A DNA stretch of 63,996 nucleotides, counting the filler, from Basidiobolus ranarum (lineage: Eukaryota), in the NCBI GenBank assembly GCA_040143965.1. It is 6 parts of 6 records of this genome, joined end to end, with 100 filler letters (N's around TTAATTAATTAA, not from the genome) between each part and the next. Parts side by side here need not be neighbours in the genome. Positions count along the whole stretch, not along the records: positions 1 to 10,644 come from JASJQH010000682.1; positions 10,745 to 21,382 come from JASJQH010000683.1; 4 more parts are not named here. One strand, given 5' to 3'. The position numbers were made by a program, and so were the translations under genes. The notes under the pieces are model-generated. The model was not told the origin of the DNA. It made no database searches and saw only the letters and a list, made by a program, of their open reading frames with translations. This document shows positions 1 to 11,228 of this stretch, piece by piece (the stretch's first letter is position 1; the number at the start of each line of letters is the position of its first letter).

Positions 1-368
1 CAATGGAGTCGTGTCTTATCTTCGTATCCCCGCAGGCGGGCTATACTTCTTTGTGCAAGTGGCTGAAGAAGAATATTGAACGTAAAGATCTTTCACAGAT
101 GGCCACCGCTTCTGCATTCAATGCCTTGGGATGCTTGTTTCGAAAGTTAGAGATCCCTACGATCAAGAATACAATAGATGATATTGTTGAACTCATTTGC
201 ATAGCATGGAGGAGTCCTAAGCCAGTGGTCCGCAAGTCAGTTGTAGAGTCGGTGGTAGCATTATACTCGATCCTGGATGAGGCTAGTTTGAAGGAGAAAG
301 TGATATCCAAACTGACATCATCACAAAAAAAATTATTAGAGTCGTATTTAAAACTGTCCACAAGTTAA
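1..368 (+). CDS. CLASP/Stu1-like microtubule-associated protein, C-terminal HEAT region (5' part outside window)
   Basis: The C-terminus SPKPVVRKSVVESVVALYSIL...KLTSSQKKLLESYLK resembles the CLASP C-terminal repeat. Confidence 0.7.
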   Translation, partial: MESCLIFVSPQAGYTSLCKWLKKNIERKDLSQMATASAFNALGCLFRKLEIPTIKNTIDDIVELICIAWRSPKPVVRKSVVESVVALYSILDEASLKEKVISKLTSSQKKLLESYLKLSTS

Positions 369-1205
369 ATCCATGTACACTTTTCCTTTTAAATATTCCA
401 TTTCTCTTTTACGTTAGTCCACCCAAGTTTTATCATGTATAAAGTAGCGTCTTCCTTGCGGTTTATTTTTTATTTTTTCCACCCCAGCTTCATCCAATCG
501 AATTAGGAGGCTCATCCTCCTTGCTTTTTGATATTTCCCTCGACATTTCTATGCAATAAATTTGATTTACAATCAACCAGGGCACAGCATTACGCTGACA
601 TTGAAAGACTCGCTCCATTCCTACGAGCATGCCCATTGTTGTGTAACGTTGATTCATTCCCCATGTGAGAAGATCAATATAAATTCGACAATACACACAC
701 TCGTCCCCGTAGTTACCGAATGTTCAATCGTACGGAACTAAAAACTTCACACTCGGAATGAATCTGGCTCATTAGTGAAATGTCACCAATGGGTTAAAAG
801 CTATAGTTTATTGGTTGTAGATCTTTTGGGTTTGCTTGGGTCAGTAGTGGTTCATCATTAGAATTATAGCCAATAATTGGAACCTGGGGATCGGGAATAA
901 GTAAACGTCAACTAGATTGACATCATGTATTGCTGGTGAATTTGCGCATAAATAATTACGAGGTTCAATAGTATTTACATATGTTATAAGACATAACGTG
1001 GATGCAGCGTTCGCTTGTCCTAATCAGCTGGAATGAATTATATAGGTCTCGTTAGCTAGGATAATAATAATAGTGCAAAACTCCACTCATCAAAAAGGTT
1101 TGCGAAAAGGTACAGCTTGTATTGAAATTTCATTTGGGCGCTTTCCATGTCACATTCTTGAGAAATCCATCGGAAACACAAATGATCAAAGCATGTTGTA
1201 GAGAT

Positions 1206-2845
1206 TCATTCTGACAAGTCCGAATCGGAATCTGACCCTTCCTCAGAATCATCATTGGATGATGTTCGTGAAGAACCGCCACCTCTACCAACCATTGACG
1301 AGAGCGGCTTTTTGCCACCATGGGTAGGACGAATACGCGGTTGTTCCACTTGCTCCTCAAATACTGCAACTTCTCCTGGCTCTGACTCGTCAAATTCGAT
1401 AACATCTTGTTCACCCTCTGCATTGTCACTTTCCGCTTCATCATTCTCAACCGGTGTTGAAGGTGAAGCCTGCAGTTTTTTCTTTCCATTCGTTTTACCA
1501 TTAGCTTTGCCATTAGAGGTGCTATTTTGCATTTTCTTTGCACCTGGTCCACGTCCAGTCATGATAACGAATTCCTGCCAAATATATTGCTTGCATTTGT
1601 CAGCGTCTGGCATATCTTGAATCATTTTCGCAATGGTTGGATGTGAAAATCCAAAATAATCTGGTCCAGAGGCAGAGTTACTGTGCTCCCTTTTCCGAAT
1701 AGCATTGACTGCTCTCACCACCGTTGTCCATGCTCCAGTGGCAGTGTTTGCAATAATAGGACTATCGGGTTGATCTTCAGGCTCAATGTGAAACTTGAAC
1801 AGCACGTTAACTCGATGTATTCAATACTTGTTTGAAAGAAAAGGTACCTTGGGTCCGTCATCGCTATCAGAGATTCTACACACATATGTAGTTTGACTAT
1901 CGGGGTCTATCATACTGGCATATGATCTATGCATAGCAAACTTAGTGATTGAACAATGTTGGAGGGGGTATAGCTGAGGTGAAGATATACCTTTGGACAG
2001 TGTAGCCTACCGGCCATATGTATCGCTCATTGTGAAAAGTACTACGCTCACACTCAATGGTTCCCAAGTCGATCACTGTGAGAACTCCAACTTGAACTGG
2101 GAGAGTATAGTGGCCATCGGCATTCCTTGGTAAATCTTGAACTCTACGTGCTTTCATCTCCACTCGCTTTTGTCTCCTTTTTTTGGGGGTGGATTCGGCA
2201 GGGGAGGTCGTACTTGCTGATTTCCGTTTAGCTTTGGTGGTTTTTGTTACTTTGATCGGACTTTCTTTGGATATCTTCTCATTTTTACGTTTTGGAGGGT
2301 TTTTTACTACAAGAGTGTCTTTATCAAAGGAAAGCAGTTAAGATAATTGATACTCCAAACTTATCAATAACTATTAGCATACTTGATAAATCCGTTTCGG
2401 GCTCCGATATACTTGAGACGTCAGAAAGAGGGTCAGAATCTTCCAACTTTGCAAGTCGTTCAATCAAAATACTATTCAATGAAAATATTCCCCAAATATT
2501 AATTAAGAATAAATAAAATCACTTTTACAATCTTTACTTACTTATTTTCTCTCTTAAAACGATGTAACTTTCTCTCTTGCTTTTCAACGATTTCAGCCAA
2601 CCTGTCCACTTCCTGAAGAATACGTTTTAGTATCTTATCTAAGAAGAGTGACAAGGAGAACAGGGGTTCGAGTTCAGTCAAATACCCCCTCCTTTTCAAC
2701 CAAGAATAGATGGAATGACTACCTCAATAACTTCCCTAAGCTTTAGCTTTAGTTTCTTGTACTTCTCTGGAGAAGGAGCAGGCTCCGAGTCTTTATGCCT
2801 TAATTGACGTTCTCGTTTACTTGGAGGATAGGTTGATAAAGGCAT
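1206..2845 (-). CDS. TBRG1-like FYRN/FYRC domain protein, multi-exon
   Basis: ATG at 2845 (MPLSTYPPS...EKYKKLKLKLRE coiled coil). FYRN: LPVQVGVLTVIDLG...FHNERYIWPVGY. FYRC: ATGAWTTVV...SGPDYFGFSHPTIAKMIQDMPDADKC. Acidic tail; GT-AG introns between the ORF pieces. Confidence 0.85.
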
Positions 2846-5120
2846 GGCTTATGTCAATGGCGATATACTTAGGATAACGTGAAGAAGCTTGGTACTTGTT
2901 ATATCAGATAGAAAAATAGTAACAATAGAGAGTGAAGCTCCTCAAGGACTTAACTCCAACTTATGCCGTTGAGGATAGATTAGAAAGGAAAGGGCAGGGG
3001 TGGGTTGGGAAAAAATGCCAGACCTGCAAGGGAAGGGAGCTTTATAATCCAAAGAAATGATTGTAGCGAAAGGAAGGGACTGTCAGGATTGGGGAAGGAG
3101 GATAGATCTTAATTTGAATGGGGAAGAAATCGTACAAGGAATGATTTAATTCCCAAACTTACTGGGAAATGACAAGCCAGGGCCAGATGCTGCTACATTA
3201 GGATATCAGGAGACTAAGAATTGCTAGGAAAATGAAGGTCAATTTGAAAGTCCATATTAAATGAAGAAGGGAGGGAAGAAAAGATGAGTAGGGGGAGATG
3301 GTAGTTCTCACCATAGGAACCCAAGGATTTGCTTAAGTTAAGGGTCGGAATGATTTACAAAATCGTCAGCAAAGGGCCGTTATATCATTTCGAGGCATAC
3401 AGAGCCAGTCTGGTGACCAAACTACACTAATATCGTTTCAGACGTGGGGGCATCTTCGTGACATCAAATCAATCACCTACGCCATTGTCCTTTTTTGTGC
3501 GTTTGTCTTTCATGGATGCAATGGGGCAGGTTTCGAAGGGATCCAAGCAATCCTTGAAATTGAGAGCTGTAACTCCCAGTAAAGCAAAGGAGGGCTTGAT
3601 ATGTATCCTGGGCAAACAATGAGATACTGAGCGGAGCAAGCTGTAAAAAGATTAATTCATACAAATCTTGAATCTTTCAGTCCTTATTTGTCTCCCTGAT
3701 CAAGTTTGATCCTGTTAGTCATATATGCCCAAAGCACCGAGCCGGGTTTGAAATGGGCAGCCAACAGCTATATATAATTAAAGTGGTGATGGCGTGACGA
3801 AGACCACAATCAAAGATGAAGAGAACTTAGAGGGTGGAAAATAGGTAGTGACTCGCATGTGGCACATCCAGTGGCTCGCCGTCTCTTATACCTTTTTGGA
3901 TTTGATGTTTGCATCCGATTGGGCTAAGCGGTCCATGTGTTATATCACTGAGCCATGGTCAGTGATCAGTACTTGACGCATGATCAATATTGGCTCTTAA
4001 TTGTCAACATAATGGCCCAACGTGACTGCATGCTTTTGAAGAAATCGGTTATTCAATTACCCTGTCATAAATCCACCTTATCCCTTGGAATAGGTATGCA
4101 CCATCATTCTCAATTCATCTCCAAATCAACACAAAGGAGTGCATTTATTGCTAGTCTTTCACGGACACCCTAAGTAGGTTCTCTCTAGTTTTCCTTCGTA
4201 TTTGTATTTCAGTATATCATAAGGTTGAGTTACACCTTCCTGATACTCTGAGCTGGCCATTCAATGTCAGGTAAGATGGCTTAAATAAATCATATGCAAG
4301 TAAGCTAGTAAGAATTTCCAAGCCACAGTCATTTGAATTCTTTGTCAAATGCTATGGGATCCAGCCTTGAATCTCTTGAACAGCATATGAGTAACAGCCA
4401 CTATGCGAGAAGACTGTTGTAATAGAGTAGGCTCATGCTGTGAAAAGACTCAAGATTGCTGATACACGCAAAATCATCAATCGATCGAACTGTTAAATGA
4501 TATTCACCTTTGCCATGGCGTGCAATGCAAACTAAACAAACATCATGTGATTGGGAACTCTTGTCCTCAGCTTTGGATTTATTAACAGCATATAGCAGAT
4601 TTAATCAACTTCCCTAAGATGTTGAATAAAACTATGCTTATTTCTCGGGATGTAGTTTGCCTATTTGTTAGTTACTTGCATTGTTGATATGAGCTGAAAG
4701 CTTGTTTACATTCAAATCATGACCACTGTTTAAAAATTTCATTGTATTTTTAGACACTGGCAGAATACTCGTTTCCGCCTAATTACTTCCTATAACAGAA
4801 TATTGGTATGACCAAGTTAACAGATGATTTAAACGTCCACCGAGTATTATTTGTCAAAGATTTGCATGCAGTCAAATGCATCGGTGATAAGTTCTTGTTC
4901 GGACAGCCTCGTTTCGAATTTCAGAAAGTTCGGTAAGGAAAAGTTAATTAGCATGTGCAATGTTTTGAGTGAATTGTGATAGAGATTTTTATATGCACTC
5001 TTGTTAACATTACTCTCTAACACTGAAACGTACTCTGTATAGATTATGCGGGATGGTAGTCCGAGTAAAGCAAGAAAAAAATGGATGTTGGTGTTGGCTA
5101 GGTTAGTAACCACCTAGTGC

Positions 5121-5909
5121 TTGGTAATCACTTTAAAGCTTAGTCTAATTTCAATTCGTGAATTGCGTACATACTCTCGCCTAGACGATACCACAGGTAT
5201 CATATCTGTATTGGCTCCTCACCGGTTAGGTGTACCAAGTGGGGGATGGAAGACTGGGGATTTGGTGGAGTTTCTAGGACGTCTTCATGAGGCAGAAGGG
5301 AGCGAACGTTGGATTGAGAGCTATGGGTAGGTTTACGATAGTGAATTTCAATATACCAAATTCTTGAGGAAAATGGCCGATTCTAACTTTTCATCGATCT
5401 CACTTAGGTTTGATGTAAAAGAAGATACTACTTATGAGATACTTCGACCTTTAGAAACTATCATGTTGTACCGAGAGCATTATTTCGCTTCCATATTTCA
5501 AGAGGTTGACTCAGCACTGAAGGATTCTATGACTTCCGTAAACCAAGCTCACGTACTTACCCCCACTGCCCGAGCATCCAAAGTTGTTCCCGACAAATGG
5601 TCGCCTGTAATGTCCTTAAATCAAACGTTTAATGACTCACACAAGACCGTTTTGTTTCCACATGCTATGCAACAGGATGAATTCGAGGGGGATTTGGTGG
5701 GTACGAATACAGGTATGGGGTTCCTTGTTGCTGCTATCGAGGCTATCAGTTAAATTGATATTCCCATTAACGCAGACGCGATGGAATCTGAGTTGGAAAC
5801 ATATATTCGAAACCAAATGACAGGGATATCGCTCGAACAGCTTCAGCAGGAATTCGTTCTAACCGACAGTGTAACTTTACAGGCAGGAGTCTCCAATGTT
5901 GGTTACTAA
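5121..5909 (+). pseudogene. Decayed intronless reading frame of unknown family
   Basis: ORFs 5121-5330 and 5364-5753 plus the continuation to TAA at 5907-5909 share one frame, broken only by TAG at 5328 and TAA at 5751. Confidence 0.5.
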
Positions 5910-6267
5910 ATCTCAATCATCACTTGAAATTGCAACTAATGATTATCTCCTCCCAGCTCATCATGTCTGGAGTCATTTACGAAATGAACGGCTGCTATTT
6001 CCCTCTTTAGAAATGCCCATCTGGTTGCACTGCATTGGGAACGTTTATAGCATTTGCGGTAGTAGTGATCTGCACATAATTTCAACCAAAGTCCATGATG
6101 CCACGACTTGCGTCAACTCTCAAGTGGGTTGTGGAATCAATTACATGCATAATAGTACAAACATCATGCTGCCCCATACAACCCGCTTAAAATTATCATT
6201 ATTAAACCATAATTATTGCCAAGCCTTATACGTGACAATAGGAAATTTCGTTTTTATTAAGCAGCGC

Positions 6268-7755
6268 TTAGTACAATTTTTTAAAATTTATGAAAAGGTC
6301 TCGCGTTTCCATCAGTCCAGAACTAGGCATGGTCTTTAATGAATCAAAATGTATACTATTGTGTGGCAACGACCACGAGAATTTCCTTAACATCATGCTC
6401 AATACTACTCTTTGTTCAATGAGCGAGAAATTCATGCCAATACAACGGCGACTGCCCCCACCAAATGGCAACCAGGAAAAGAAATCGCGGTTCGTCTGTT
6501 CATCCAAGAATCTTTCTGGCATAAAGCGATATGGGTTGTCCCAATAATTGGAATTATGCTGCATAGAATAGATGTGGACATTTACTGGAGTTCCAACGGG
6601 GAGTATAAATTCTCCGAATTGAATCGGCTCACATGAACGACGGGGAATAACCTGTGATGCCGATGGGTTTAAGCGCATAGATTCTTTGATTACTGCAGTA
6701 ATATAGAGAAGTTCATTTTGCTGCTGAGCAAAGGTAGGACACAGGTTGCGTTCCTCATCGCCTAACACTCTGTTCGCTTCTTCCCTAGCTTTCTGCTGGG
6801 CTTCTGGGTGTATGCCCAGATAGTAAATAGCCGATGATAGAGCATTGGCTGTGGTATCATGACCGGCAATGAAGAAAGTGATTACATCATTTCGAATCTC
6901 TTCTGGTGTAAGCTTTTGTCCCTCTTCCTCACCGGCATGTATCATAAGGGTTACTAAATCAGCACCTCGGAGATCGACGGTTTTCTTTTCACTCGTTGCT
7001 TCTATTTTACTGTTAACAATACTCAGTATGAATTCGTTAAACTTTTCAAGCTCGGTTCGATATCCACGGCGACCAAAGAATGGAATATTTTCCAAGAATG
7101 GAAACATGTTGTAGAAGGGGTCATTGAATCCGCTCAGGATGGTGTTGTATAATTTCACAATATCACCTCTTTGATTCCCAATGGAGTTAAAATCATAGTC
7201 AAAAATGATTTTGCCCAGAGCATCCAAAGTCATGCGTTGCATAAACTCCTTAATCGGTATAGCTGATTCTGCTTTCTCAATCTCTACCATTAATCTGGAC
7301 ATCAACTCTCCAAATGCAGTGGTGGTCCAAGTACGATGAAACGCAGGGTTGGCCACACGACGATGTTTCTTCCACTCTTCGCCATTTGAAGAGGCAATAT
7401 TGACATTAGAGAGTTTAGCCCGTAACGTATTTGGCTGCTCTCTACCTAATATGATTTTTGGGAACGCATCAGCTTTCATCAAAATAGCCTTGGCATATTC
7501 TGGCTTAGACACCAACACCATCCATTTTCCAAAAGCGAATTGCCTAGCGAGTCCTTTTTCGTTTACAACGGGTACGATTAGTTTGTCAAAGCGCTCTGAA
7601 GCATCCATCGATGTTAACGTGGCGATCACACTTTTCCAGAAAGAGACGGCGGGGATCTGGCGTAGAGCTTGTGGACAATTGAGTATTTCATAAAGACACC
7701 ACGCTATAGCCAAGACAGGAGCTAGCACTATGATCATTATGGTCGGAGAGTCCAT
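6268..7755 (-). CDS. Cytochrome P450 monooxygenase (intronless, 495 aa)
   Basis: N-terminal membrane anchor, AGHDTT (I-helix), ESMR (ExxR), PERF and the heme motif FGGGSRRCIG. Confidence 0.97.
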   Translation of the reverse strand: MDSPTIMIIVLAPVLAIAWCLYEILNCPQALRQIPAVSFWKSVIATLTSMDASERFDKLIVPVVNEKGLARQFAFGKWMVLVSKPEYAKAILMKADAFPKIILGREQPNTLRAKLSNVNIASSNGEEWKKHRRVANPAFHRTWTTTAFGELMSRLMVEIEKAESAIPIKEFMQRMTLDALGKIIFDYDFNSIGNQRGDIVKLYNTILSGFNDPFYNMFPFLENIPFFGRRGYRTELEKFNEFILSIVNSKIEATSEKKTVDLRGADLVTLMIHAGEEEGQKLTPEEIRNDVITFFIAGHDTTANALSSAIYYLGIHPEAQQKAREEANRVLGDEERNLCPTFAQQQNELLYITAVIKESMRLNPSASQVIPRRSCEPIQFGEFILPVGTPVNVHIYSMQHNSNYWDNPYRFMPERFLDEQTNRDFFSWLPFGGGSRRCIGMNFSLIEQRVVLSMMLRKFSWSLPHNSIHFDSLKTMPSSGLMETRDLFINFKKLY

Positions 7756-8705
7756 TGTTGCTGGTTTAGGTATCAGTGAGAGTTGAATAGAAAGAATAAC
7801 TTATTTGTTACTGTTGCAACTGGTAACTTTTATAGTTGGTGAGTCTATAGTAGAACCATGAAATGGGATAATTCTCAAACTTTACCCGTCAACATTTGTC
7901 TCTTCAACTGACGTGGTATGCTATAAGCTCCGTGTATTAGCGGGTGAGATTAGCCGAATTAGCCGTAAAAACTAGCACACGATGCACTGTTAAAGTACCT
8001 CCGTTTTGGGCCCTACTTTCAATGTGGCAGAGTCAGCATCAAAGACTGCGAATCATGTCCAACGTACGAGTTGGAAATTGTAGGACATTTGACGTCAGAA
8101 ACCTCATCTAATCATTAGTGCATAGCAGTAGTGATCATCTGTGACAACCCCAAAAATGCCGCGGGGAAGCTGAGACAGCAATAACTCAGATTTCTATAAT
8201 AAACCCTAACCTTAAGTTACAAATTCATATACATCTTAGTCTAAACACGATGTTCTCCTGACACAGATTCCAAATTAAATTGCTGGGAATAAAGCGATGC
8301 TTCTGAATATTTAGAAAATGATGATCATCACGAAAAGTTCCTAAATTTGGTGGTGATTGATCTTCGGATGACCACTCAGATGAATCACGATGTAGTGCCC
8401 CATTATACTACTGGTGGGCATATATGAATAGAGATGTGAGATATTAGTGGTAAAGTCACAGGCATAATTTATCATTTCTTTTTACTGAATGACATTGATC
8501 CATCATGTTCAAATCAGATATCTTCCATTAGTTTAGCCAATTAAGCAGATATAGTAATTAGAATGTGGGTATAGATCTTCAGTTGGTGGCATAGTTAGTA
8601 ATAAATTACTAAACATAAGAATTTAGGTGAAAATGGCAAAGGTGAATACAGGGATAGAAGATATAGAACTGGTATTTGGGGTACACCAATAATGATGATA
8701 CAATT

Positions 8706-8770
8706 TGTTCAAGTATTTTGAAGTTTGTAACAAGTGGTTTGGAGAATCAGAAAAATTGATTGTTTTATTT
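8706..8770 (-). repeat. Degenerate LTR end (family 2)
   Basis: TGTTCAAGTATTTTG...AAGTGGTTTGGAGAATCAGAAAAATTG resembles 63318-63375 and the reverse complement of 11170-11228. Confidence 0.5.
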
Positions 8771-8981
8771 AGGGTATAGATGTTCTGGTAAGGGAGGGTT
8801 AGGATGAAAAGAGGGGGTCTGGGAGACACAGTCATCCCAGTATAAAAAGAAAGCAGGGGGTTTGGGGATGCAATCCCTCATGTACACCCTTCTGTCACAA
8901 TATACTCAAGTTATTAGTATATGGGAAGAATTGGGCTTGCCCAAATTTTCCAAAGGGCAGATCTCTGATCTTTGACACATC

Positions 8982-9309
8982 CCCTAACAGAAATTTGAGG
9001 ATTGTAATTGTAGGAAAACCATCACAATTTTAATCCATTTGGGATTGACCATTCAATTACCATTATAAAATCATCAATTTAGATTTGATTTTAATCAATT
9101 TTTTCAATTTCAGGAGTGAAATTTCAAGATCTCACAAAATGGTTGCACATGATTGGCTACACTCTCAGAGAATCATGGATCAACACAAGTGCAAAAAATA
9201 TAACTCAAATTTTACACATTTACCACTTAAACACTAATTTGTCACCTTTGAAATCCCTAGTTTCTTTGATATATTCTCCTGAATATTTTTATAGAGTTCT
9301 TCATATCCA
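8982..9309 (+). repeat. Dispersed ~290-330 bp repeat beginning CCCTAAC, copy 1
   Basis: Collinear similarity to 31388-31676 and 31677-32002 (CCCTAACAGAAATTTGAGGATTG...TTTTAATCCATTTGGGATTG...GATATATTCTCCTGAATATTTTTATAGAGTTCTTCATA). Confidence 0.9.
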
Positions 9310-10644
9310 GGGGGATGAAAAGCACCAGATAGTGTGAACTTTATTTAGCTTAAATACTAATATAAACAAAGTGACAATCAAGATATTAATCTTTTAAGAT
9401 ATTGTGACAATACTGGATCATATCCATACTTAACTTGATGACCATTATAATCAAGTTCAGAGGATGTAAATATAGTGTTAAGGGGCAGGGATGGTAAGCA
9501 GAAAGGAAGGTACTCAGTATAAACTAGATGGACAATAGAATAAAAACCTGGAATAATGGGAATCAAGAAAGGAGTCTTAGAGGCAAGGTATTGCTTCCAA
9601 AGATCTAGCTGGAAGTCTATAGTCATAATTTTAGGCTGTTTTGTTTCATGTAGCTGTAAAGCTAACTCAGAATCAAGAGGATCATCTTGTATTAATTTCC
9701 ATAGTGATAGTGCATTTGAAGATGGTGTGGCTAGCCACTTCTTAATCAGTGGATTTCTGCAGTCATTTAGTTGAAGTATAAATCTTGCCCTGCGTAAAAC
9801 TATATCTGACAAGTGCTTCTTCACAGCAATGCCAGTTGAGTGAATTGAAAGTCTAGATATGTTGCATGGTTTGTATGAAGAAGCTGAGTATGATACAAGG
9901 AAATGGTGGAACCAATTGGAATTGTTTTGGCAATGAAAAGCTCCAAGTTATTTTCTGAACAGCATCTCTGAATAGTAGTAGTATCCAGCTGAGGCTGAGA
10001 AGTAGAAACTCTGATATCATCAGCAAACAAAGTAAGCAGGGATCAAGGGGATAGCTGAGGAAAATCACTGAGAAATATCACACAAAGCAGAGGACCTAGC
10101 ACTGGGCCTTGCTCCACACCATTGGGCACTGGGTATAAGCAGGAAGTATATTCAGGATGAAGGATTCTGGCTTTACTGTCAATAAGGAGAGCTCTCACTA
10201 GCATAGTGAAGGACTTGGGAGTCAAAGACTGAAAATTTCTCCATAGCAGATCTCTGTCTACTGAGTCAAAGGCTTTGGTGATATAAAAGAGAATGGCATC
10301 TTGATGATATTGCAAAGCATTGTCATGACTGAGTACCACAGCCATATCCAAGGAGAGCTTAGGGAGGAAGCCAAATTGGCTAGAGTGAAAGCATGAAAGC
10401 CTCTCATGGATGGATTTCACTAAGATGAGCTCAAACATCTTCCTGCAAGTAGGTAGCAAAGAAATAGGCCTATAGGACTTGGTATCACCATGTTTGCCTT
10501 TGTCTTTGTAAAGAGGCAGAACATTTGCTATTTACCACTCCTCAGGAGTATTAAGCTGCAAGCAACACTGCTCAAACAAAGGTGACAAGAAGGAAGCCAT
10601 GGGAACAGGAGCAAGTTTCAGCAGCTCATAGCTGATCTGATCAT
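9310..10644 (-). mobile_element. Non-LTR (LINE-like) retrotransposon, RT and 3' end, frameshifted and cut by the gap (family A)
   Basis: RT motifs YRPISLLPTCRKMFELI, QFGF, ITKAFDSV, GVEQGPVLGPLL and FADDI across frameshifted ORFs. The 3' end (...GCTTTTCATCCCCC at 9310) matches 43583-43994. Confidence 0.9.
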
Positions 10645-10744
10645 NNNNNNNNNNNNNNNNNNNNNNNNNNNNNNNNNNNNNNNNNNNNTTAATTAATTAA
10701 NNNNNNNNNNNNNNNNNNNNNNNNNNNNNNNNNNNNNNNNNNNN
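10645..10744. other. Artificial 100-nt contig spacer (N44-TTAATTAATTAA-N44)
   Basis: Identical spacers at 21383-21482, 32114-32213, 42840-42939 and 53559-53658. Confidence 0.98.
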
Positions 10745-11013
10745 AACTTATGATAGTGTGTTTTAGTTAGTTTATTCTTAAGAGTATATGGTGACTTATA
10801 TAGTAGAAAAGTAAATCAATTGTTTGAGATATTCAGGAGTTTGTGTAATAAGATATAATAGATAAGTGGGGGTAATAAGACATACTTGGTATATAGATAT
10901 AGAGATATTCCTATTTAGAATATAGGGGCTATAGATACGTTGCTTTCTGTTTGTGATATATGTATCATAACTAAAGTTAACTATGATGTTGAATAAAGAT
11001 TAATTATCCAACA
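10745..11013 (+). repeat. LTR, family 1 (3' part, ends ...TTATCCAACA)
   Basis: Near-identical reverse complement of 63748-63996; ends in the canonical CA. Confidence 0.85.
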
Positions 11014-11228
11014 TTTAAAAATACATAGACTTTTCAAACTTGTTCTGGAGACCCCAAACTTTGCACACATGCTCCTAGGACCTTTTTTAACCCACTCTAC
11101 ATGTTTGTCTGTTTACTTGTTGATCAAACTCTTAATGTCAACTTTCCACTCAATATAGCAATAAGCAGAATTCACAGATTTTTCCAACTCTCCAAACCAC
11201 TTCCAATAACTCCCAAAATCTTTCAACA
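11014..11228 (+). repeat. LTR, family 2 (Copia-associated), 3' part ending TTTCAACA
   Basis: The middle matches 53461-53558 (CCCCAAACTTTGCACACATG). The end matches the reverse complement of 63318-63375. TTTCAACA is the inverse of TGTTGAAA at 53340. Confidence 0.7.

Noticed and set aside
6268-7755. Intronless P450 as a horizontal transfer candidate
   Set aside because: It has a eukaryotic membrane anchor and motifs, and other clearly fungal genes here (PRB1-like, FlbC-like) are also intronless.
10689-10700. Recurring TTAATTAATTAA palindrome inside the N runs
   Set aside because: Artificial linker with stops in all frames, identical in all five spacers.
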